NCBI GenBank assembly: GCA_036339735.1 | Contig: JAYZAL010000059.1 | Location: 1 to 12,741 of the forward strand | DNA length: 12,741 bases | Direction: 5' to 3' | Source of the DNA: Candidatus Poribacteria bacterium | GTDB lineage: Bacteria; Poribacteria; WGA-4E; UBA9662 | Notes under the pieces: generated by a model | Database searches by the model: none | What the model was told of the DNA's origin: nothing | Seen by the model: the letters and a program-made list of their open reading frames with translations, nothing else | Shown here: piece by piece, positions 7,057 to 12,741 of the stretch | Numbering within the stretch: the first letter of the stretch is position 1 | Layout: each line of letters starts with the position of its first letter | Translations under genes and position numbers: made by a program

Positions 7057-7080
7057 AATTCGAGGTTGACTGAAATTTAA

Positions 7081-8019
7081 TTAATTTCTATTTCTTTCTA
7101 TCAGTTCGATGACTTGCTCCCGCGTAGGGATCGATGGTGCAGCACCGAGCTTAGTTACAGCCAAGGCTCCAGCTGCATTGGCAAAGTTAACAGCCGATTC
7201 CCAACTGTCTCCACGAGCAACACTAACAGCTAAGGTGCCGCAAAAAGCATCGCCAGCAGCAGTTGCATCGACAGCTTTGACTGAATAAGATGGAACTAGC
7301 TGAATATCTTCTGCTGTTGCTAACAGTGCTCCTTGATCACCCAAAGTTAAAACGACAGTGGGCACTGATTCTTCCAGTAGATGTTTAGCGGCCGATTTAA
7401 TCGACTCCATATCAGTCAAACGAAAGCCCGTAAGAAATTCGGTTTCAGTTTCATTAGGTACCAGAATATCGACTAAACTCATTAACTCCATTGGTATTCG
7501 GCGGGCTGGTGCAGGATTGAGTAATACTGGAACGCCGTTTGCTTTTGCGATTTCTGCCGCTCGTTGAACAGCCAATAAACTCACCTCCAGTTGTAACAAC
7601 AAAATATCAGCCACGGCTATTGCGGATTCGGCTTGGTCAATATTGTCTGGGTTGAGACTCATATTTGCTTTCGGAACGGCCACGATAGTATTATCACCAT
7701 TTGCATCTACCGTAATCATTGCGACTCCAGTTCCCATTTCAGTATCTTTGACTACGAACTGGCTATCAACACCTTCAGCTGATAAGTTTTTTAACAGTTC
7801 ATCACCGAAGTTATCTGTCCCCACACGGCCGATCATCGACACATTAGCTCCCAAGCGGGCAGCGGCAATTGCTTGGTTGGAACCTTTCCCTCCCACGAAA
7901 GTATTGAAATCTTGACCAACTATGGTCTGACCTTCAAGAGGTAAACGATTGCATTGAACAACTAAGTCCATCATAAAACTACCGACTACAGCTATTCGGG
8001 GACGAAACTCTTGATTCAT
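7081..8019 (-). CDS. rbsK: Ribokinase (PfkB family)
   Basis: Motifs VVGSFMMDLV, GGKGSNQAIAAARLG, GDNTIV, LLLQLEV, LNPAPA, VPNETE, TLGDQG and DATAAGDAF. Confidence 0.9.
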   Translation of the reverse strand: MNQEFRPRIAVVGSFMMDLVVQCNRLPLEGQTIVGQDFNTFVGGKGSNQAIAAARLGANVSMIGRVGTDNFGDELLKNLSAEGVDSQFVVKDTEMGTGVAMITVDANGDNTIVAVPKANMSLNPDNIDQAESAIAVADILLLQLEVSLLAVQRAAEIAKANGVPVLLNPAPARRIPMELMSLVDILVPNETETEFLTGFRLTDMESIKSAAKHLLEESVPTVVLTLGDQGALLATAEDIQLVPSYSVKAVDATAAGDAFCGTLAVSVARGDSWESAVNFANAAGALAVTKLGAAPSIPTREQVIELIERNRN

Positions 8020-8912
8020 TTAACGATTTCAGATTCTAAAGTTAGTGCATAGTCAAGAAGAGCCTGAGCATAAAGAGGGTTATGCATTCCAAATCCAGCA
8101 TCTCCGTTTACCATGTCATAATTCAATTTTGCATCTTTGTATGCTTTTGATTCTAGATTAGTAGCAGAATCAAGCACGGTTTTGACTTCTGCCATTTTTT
8201 TTCTAATATCAATTCTATATTGTTTGATTTTTGTATCCATATTTTCATGGCATCGGGAACATGTAGAATAATCAGCTTTAAAAGTATGACCTCCGTGCTT
8301 AGCAACTGTTTTAGTGTCGTCTTTTGCCATGTGGCAGTAGATGCATCTTTTTTTCATAATCTTTGCATGTTTTGCTGGCATTGTTTTCACTCCAGCTCCT
8401 AATCGTCCCATGAACATCTCTGACTGAGACTGGTGAACGACTCCGGCTCCTGCGCAACCACAATCCATTTTATGACAAGAAGTACAAAGTGTCTTCGGGT
8501 TTTTGGTCAGATAGTTCTCGCGTTTACTACTATGAAGATGACAAGAAGAACAAGAAACCGCATTTACTGCTGTTGCGAGAGTTAACTTTCCATGCTGACT
8601 CCGCCATTCGCCACTGCTGAATTTTGTATAGCCGGCGGAATGACACCCCAAACAGGAATCTTTTGTTTCATATTTACCTTCAATCAAGTTTACCAAAGCG
8701 TGCTTGTGATTGGAACTATGCCACTCCTGATAGGCAATTTCGTCGGCATGGCAGTCAGCACACTTTTCTCGAAAGGGACTTTTTGAATCTTTCTGAGAGT
8801 TTAGATGCTTATTATTATCATTATTGGCAACAGCTGGAAATAGACACACAACTAGGGTTAATGTTAGAAGTACTCCAAAAGCGACAGCCCAGAAAAACAA
8901 TAATCGTTCCAA
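8016..8912 (-). CDS. Exported or membrane-anchored hexaheme cytochrome c (c554-like N-terminus, helical C-terminus resembling the NrfA/c552 superfamily)
   Basis: TTG start with a GGAG SD and a hydrophobic N-terminal ~29 aa. Six CxxCH motifs: CADCH, CLGCH, CSSCH, CTSCH, CIYCH, CSRCH. YQEWHSSNH follows heme 1, and DAGFGMHNPLYAQALL lies near the C-terminus. The stop overlaps the rbsK start (ATGA). Confidence 0.9.
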   Translation of the reverse strand: MERLLFFWAVAFGVLLTLTLVVCLFPAVANNDNNKHLNSQKDSKSPFREKCADCHADEIAYQEWHSSNHKHALVNLIEGKYETKDSCLGCHSAGYTKFSSGEWRSQHGKLTLATAVNAVSCSSCHLHSSKRENYLTKNPKTLCTSCHKMDCGCAGAGVVHQSQSEMFMGRLGAGVKTMPAKHAKIMKKRCIYCHMAKDDTKTVAKHGGHTFKADYSTCSRCHENMDTKIKQYRIDIRKKMAEVKTVLDSATNLESKAYKDAKLNYDMVNGDAGFGMHNPLYAQALLDYALTLESEIVK

Positions 8913-8984
8913 CTATTTCTCCAATTTTTGACTATCCATCAGTTACCGAAATCGATGTCAGTTTAGCAAACCAGGGTAACCGAA

Positions 8985-10727
8985 TCAAGATAAAATTTGA
9001 GGAGCTTTAGGCTCCACATTCAAGGTTTTTTGGTGAGTATAGTGAACGAAACCTATACCACGCCGTTTGGTTACGTATTTGAACCATGTGTAATCAATAG
9101 GAACGTGACTTGAATGCTTAGCCTTACAGTTAGCAGCAGCTAATTGTGCTGCCATTAGTAGAGTCGGCATTGGGATCCCGGGCTTGCGCTCTGGATTACG
9201 AATAATGACGTGAGAACCATTTATTTGTCGGGCGTGTAGCCACATATCATCACTTTTGGCGACTTTTCTGAGCAGAAGGTCATTTTCCAAATTATTTCGA
9301 CCAACATAAATTTGGAATCCCTCGGGTGAAGTATATCGCCGGAAAATGGTCGTTGGATTCCGTTTTTTTGATTTTTGTTTATCACTTATCCACCCCCGAT
9401 TCGCTAACTGTGCTCTAATAGAAAGTAGTTCGTCTGTCGTCTTGGCTGATTCCACCTCAAGTTGATAATACTCTACGATTTCTAATTCCGCTTCATTATC
9501 CGCGATTAATTGTTGAATGACCGTTTTTCCTCTTTTAGCCTTATTATAAAGTTTAAACAAGCGTTGTGCATTTTGAGTAGGACTTAATTCTGGCTTTAAC
9601 TCTAAGACTTGCGTTTTCAAGTCCGGATCGTAGTAATCAATTACCTCAACTTTCTTCTGCCCTGATTTGATTTGGTGTAAATTGGCTGTCAATAATTCAC
9701 CCTGCTTGCGAAAATTATCAGCATTCTCCGCATTTTTCCAGTCAGTCCTCAATTGGTATAACTTTCGTTCTACTGATTTTTGGTGTTTTTTTATTGCTTG
9801 TAGTATGGCTTGTGTCTGACGTCGTTTGATTTCCTGTCGTTCAATTTGCTTGTAGTAAGCACATACGGCTTCACTGATAGTGTCAAACAACTGACATGTA
9901 GCATCATCTAACTGCTGTAGAGGTATGGCCGTTACAATACTTTTTTCACTATTGGAGATTATTTGTGGTTGTTTTTTTGTACTTAACCATTCCACCTTAA
10001 CTTGATCAAAAGCTAACCAAACGGCCTCTGTATTAGTGTCGGCCTGTTTTGATTGATCGTTTTTTTTGCTGGCACGGTACAAAATCTCTTTTGCAATGGT
10101 TGGAGTGATTCCGTCAATAGATTGCATTAAAGATCGCCAAGATGGAATAGAATCACCAAATATATTAGACCATTTCTGAAAATCGAGGTCAAACGGGTTA
10201 GCTTTGTCAAGCTGGGGTGGAAGTTTATATGTCTCCCCGGGTTCAACCGTGCGTATTCGGCTCATCGAGCCATCAATGTGCTTGATGCTTTCCAATATCT
10301 TCCCATTAGATTGATCTACCAAAATAATATTGCTATGTTTACCCATCAACTCAGCAATTAATATCTTTGGTGAAATTGATAGTATTTCGCTATACGGTTG
10401 AACCGTAATTTTGATGATTCGATCCCAACCAACCTGCTCAATGCTGCTAATTACACCTCTTGACAAATGACGAAACAGAAAATCAGCAAAATGAGATTGT
10501 TTTTGACCAACTGGTCGGCGTTCATCGAGCAAATGAGTACGGGCATGAACGGCATGTACGGAAAATAGCAGGTGGATGGCAGTTGAAGTTGATCCTTCAA
10601 CTTTTGTCAAATTTGGAGAAATTTTTAAGGTAATAGTGTCAGAATTCAATTGTTGAACGTGGCGAATAGTACTACCTACCCACTTTTGATACTCGTACAC
10701 CAACTGTCGTAACACAAAACTATCCAC
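8985..10727 (-). CDS. rqcH: Ribosome quality control protein RqcH (FbpA/PavA, NFACT family)
   Basis: GTG start with a GGGTGAG SD. NFACT-N motifs GWDRII and ELMGKHSNIIL, coiled coils with GELLTANLH and SPTQNAQRLFKLYNKAKR, and NFACT-R motifs IYVGRNNLEND, WLHARQINGSHVII and VPIDYT. Confidence 0.92.
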   Translation of the reverse strand: MDSFVLRQLVYEYQKWVGSTIRHVQQLNSDTITLKISPNLTKVEGSTSTAIHLLFSVHAVHARTHLLDERRPVGQKQSHFADFLFRHLSRGVISSIEQVGWDRIIKITVQPYSEILSISPKILIAELMGKHSNIILVDQSNGKILESIKHIDGSMSRIRTVEPGETYKLPPQLDKANPFDLDFQKWSNIFGDSIPSWRSLMQSIDGITPTIAKEILYRASKKNDQSKQADTNTEAVWLAFDQVKVEWLSTKKQPQIISNSEKSIVTAIPLQQLDDATCQLFDTISEAVCAYYKQIERQEIKRRQTQAILQAIKKHQKSVERKLYQLRTDWKNAENADNFRKQGELLTANLHQIKSGQKKVEVIDYYDPDLKTQVLELKPELSPTQNAQRLFKLYNKAKRGKTVIQQLIADNEAELEIVEYYQLEVESAKTTDELLSIRAQLANRGWISDKQKSKKRNPTTIFRRYTSPEGFQIYVGRNNLENDLLLRKVAKSDDMWLHARQINGSHVIIRNPERKPGIPMPTLLMAAQLAAANCKAKHSSHVPIDYTWFKYVTKRRGIGFVHYTHQKTLNVEPKAPQILS

Positions 10728-10812
10728 TTTTACTCACCCTTGAATAGCAAAAGTCTAGCATCCTAATTTTAGATTAATTTACACCTATATACTATATTAA
10801 CCTAGCCGCCCA

Positions 10813-11406
10813 TCACCCCTTCAAGTTTAGGTGTGGCTGGATAGCTTTGGCGACGGCTTGACCAAGGTGTACTGAACCTGACTGATTAAAATGCACTCCA
10901 TCTAACAATAAACATTCATTAACTCCAATATTCATAATGAGCTGATGGAGGTCGTTAACATGAATACCGAGGTCATCAGACAAAGATACAGAAACTTGAT
11001 TATAGTCTGAAACGTCGGTCGAGAACCTGTCAAATCCTTTATTTTTTCGATGCCATTCTGAATTCACAGGAGTAGTTGTGGCCCAAATAACGGTTTCTAC
11101 CTTTGAAGAAACCGTAGTGAGGATGTACTGTAAGTTGGTCTTATATTCTGACAAAGAAACTGCCACTTCTCCAGAACCAAACTCGCGCTTAATATCATGT
11201 AGACCGCAGTTAATATGCAGGATATCCGGTGATTGGTCGATGACCCACTCATCTAGCTTTGATTTGACTTTTCGACTATTCCCCCCATTTTCGACTGGAG
11301 CAAAGATTTCCACTTTATCAGCGAGCAACTTCTTGACCTCGTTTTCGTAACCCATCCGAATCGAATCGCCAATTAGTACTAGCTTTTTCATAGAAGTTGA
11401 CATCAA
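10813..11406 (-). CDS. SGNH/GDSL-family hydrolase (esterase); the true start may be ATG 11403 or ATG 11391
   Basis: Block I LIGDSIRMGY, block II NGGNS, block III INCGLHD, block V DGVHF. No signal peptide. Confidence 0.88.
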   Translation of the reverse strand: MMSTSMKKLVLIGDSIRMGYENEVKKLLADKVEIFAPVENGGNSRKVKSKLDEWVIDQSPDILHINCGLHDIKREFGSGEVAVSLSEYKTNLQYILTTVSSKVETVIWATTTPVNSEWHRKNKGFDRFSTDVSDYNQVSVSLSDDLGIHVNDLHQLIMNIGVNECLLLDGVHFNQSGSVHLGQAVAKAIQPHLNLKG

Positions 11407-11414
11407 AAGTATTA

Positions 11415-12434
11415 TTACCAGCCACCATACTGATCAACGAATTCGATGACTTGATCGTAGGTTGGCATGAAGTTCGCGCAGCCGTGCTTGGTTACTACTA
11501 TTGCTCCACAGGCATTACCGAGTCGAGCTGCTTTGTACCAATCCCAGCCTTTCGCATAGCCAGCTATAAAACCAGCCCCAAAAGCATCGCCCGCCCCTAG
11601 TATGTTGTGAACATCAACCGGAAAGCCAGGGGCATCAATAACCTGATTTGGCAGGTGAATTTTTACACCTTCTACACCTCTCTTATGCAAGACGACTTCT
11701 GGTCCTAGTGTTAGCATTAGATTAATTGCAGATTCCACATCACCATGCACTTTAGTATCTGAAACTTGTGAGTGAGTTAATTCTATCTGATTGGGATCAG
11801 TTAACATTGTTGCATTTATTTCGTCTTCAGTACCAATGACTATGTCAACTAATCTCAGAATTGATCGAATTGCCACACCAAAAGCTCGAGGGTCATGCCA
11901 CTGATCAGGGCGAAAATCGATGTCTAATATTACTTTAGTATTGCTCTGCTTTGCTTTTTCTACAGCTAAAAAAGTTGCACTACGGCAGGGGTCTTGATAC
12001 AGATTAGTACCGGCAAATTGGAAAACTCGACTGTCACCAATCGGTAATTTTAATACATCATCTATAGTCAATTCAATATCTGCACAGTTATCCCGATAGT
12101 ATACTAACGGAAATCGGTCTGGTGGCTGAATCCCCAAAACTACAGCACTGGTCCGGTGCCCCGGCTTGCGAGGACAGTATCCGGTTTCAACACCCTCTTT
12201 TTCGAGGAAATTGAGAATGAAATCCCCGACTGGATCTTCTCCTAGTCCTGTCAAGACTCCAGTTTGTAAACCTAATCGTTTCACACCAACACTGGTATTC
12301 GTGGGAGATCCACCCACGTACGCGGCAAAGCTTTCAATATCTACAAATTTTGCTCCCACATCATTAGCGTATAAATCAATCGATGAACGGCCCATATGGA
12401 GAGAGTCGTATGTTCGGTCAACAAGATCAGTCAT
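11415..12434 (-). CDS. iolC: 5-dehydro-2-deoxygluconokinase (myo-inositol catabolism, PfkB family)
   Basis: Motifs MGRSSIDLY, YVGGSPTN, GEDPVGDF, PPDRFPLVYYRDNCAD, DIDFRPDQW and LGAGDAF. AGGAG SD. Directly downstream of iolB. Confidence 0.92.
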   Translation of the reverse strand: MTDLVDRTYDSLHMGRSSIDLYANDVGAKFVDIESFAAYVGGSPTNTSVGVKRLGLQTGVLTGLGEDPVGDFILNFLEKEGVETGYCPRKPGHRTSAVVLGIQPPDRFPLVYYRDNCADIELTIDDVLKLPIGDSRVFQFAGTNLYQDPCRSATFLAVEKAKQSNTKVILDIDFRPDQWHDPRAFGVAIRSILRLVDIVIGTEDEINATMLTDPNQIELTHSQVSDTKVHGDVESAINLMLTLGPEVVLHKRGVEGVKIHLPNQVIDAPGFPVDVHNILGAGDAFGAGFIAGYAKGWDWYKAARLGNACGAIVVTKHGCANFMPTYDQVIEFVDQYGGW

Positions 12435-12447
12435 CAGTTACTCCTAA

Positions 12448-12741
12448 CTAGCTGTTGATGGGGTACAAAGGTAACCGTGCGTCAACATTTTGATAAGATT
12501 CTTTGACCCAACTATAGTTAGGGTCATCTTGATTGGCTAAGCTTTGTGCTGATCCAGCCAAAACGTTTAAATAGTAGGTCATATAACCTGGAGCACTGAC
12601 AACTGGATGATATCCTTCTGGAACTAGAACAGCAGAATTTTCGACTGCTTTCATAAGCGAATCAATAGGTTTACCTGCTTGATGAAGAGGAGAGTGCTTG
12701 TCAGTGTAAACTCGCTGGTAAGCATAGCCGTCGTTCTGGTC
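12448..12741 (-). CDS. iolB: 5-deoxy-glucuronate isomerase, C-terminal 97 aa (the gene begins beyond the right edge)
   Basis: The frame is open from 12741: DQNDGYAYQRVYTD...VLVPEGYHPVVSAPGYMTYYLNVLAG...DDPNYSWV, a typical IolB/KduI C-terminus. The track ORF 12448-12654 is only its tail. Confidence 0.92.
   Translation of the reverse strand, partial: DQNDGYAYQRVYTDKHSPLHQAGKPIDSLMKAVENSAVLVPEGYHPVVSAPGYMTYYLNVLAGSAQSLANQDDPNYSWVKESYQNVDARLPLYPINS

Noticed and set aside
5679..7915. Antisense ORFs inside the kinase and rbsK
   Set aside because: Reverse-frame shadows of conserved genes.
8016..8912. Calling the cytochrome NrfA or hydroxylamine oxidoreductase
   Set aside because: It is too short (298 aa), has six rather than five or eight hemes, lacks CxxCK, and has no nrfH or partner gene nearby.
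8942..8980. GTTACC..GGTAAC inverted repeat between rqcH and the cytochrome as a terminator
   Set aside because: Only a 6-bp stem with a 27-nt loop and no adjacent U tract.
8220..9010. Plus-strand ORFs 8220-8402, 8592-8786 and 8624-9010 (the first contains CWHCFH)
   Set aside because: They are antisense to the cytochrome gene, and the Cys/His pattern is not CxxCH and appears coincidental.
10728..10812. AT-rich spacer upstream of rqcH as a defined promoter
   Set aside because: -10-like hexamers (TATAGT, TAAAAT) are present, but there is no convincing -35 at proper spacing, so it cannot be placed.
11078..12447. Plus-strand ORFs 11078-11350, 11397-11600 and 12166-12447
   Set aside because: Antisense shadows of the SGNH hydrolase and iolC.

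Overview
Gene-dense bacterial chromosomal segment of core and catabolic metabolism, with no mobile element, CRISPR array, tRNA or rRNA that I could see. Almost all genes are on the minus strand. One run, read right to left, is: partial iolB, iolC, an SGNH/GDSL hydrolase, rqcH (FbpA/NFACT), an exported hexaheme cytochrome c, and rbsK. rbsK converges on the only plus-strand gene, an orphan PhoR-like sensor kinase. Divergent from the kinase is a three-gene 2-oxoacid (probably pyruvate):ferredoxin oxidoreductase operon: alpha/gamma subunit, a 72-aa unknown ORF, and ferredoxin/beta subunit. A rho-independent terminator follows it, and then the 5' part of pgk. The best candidate for new biology is the PFOR operon: a NifJ-type enzyme split in two with a translationally coupled small protein at the split, a YPITS variant motif, a duplicated Ala/Lys helical tail, and a ~150-nt multi-hairpin 5' leader that can pair over its own RBS. 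Second is the hexaheme cytochrome, which has an extra CGC motif. All motif and structure calls were made by eye; no database searches or folding programs were run, so novelty is untested.
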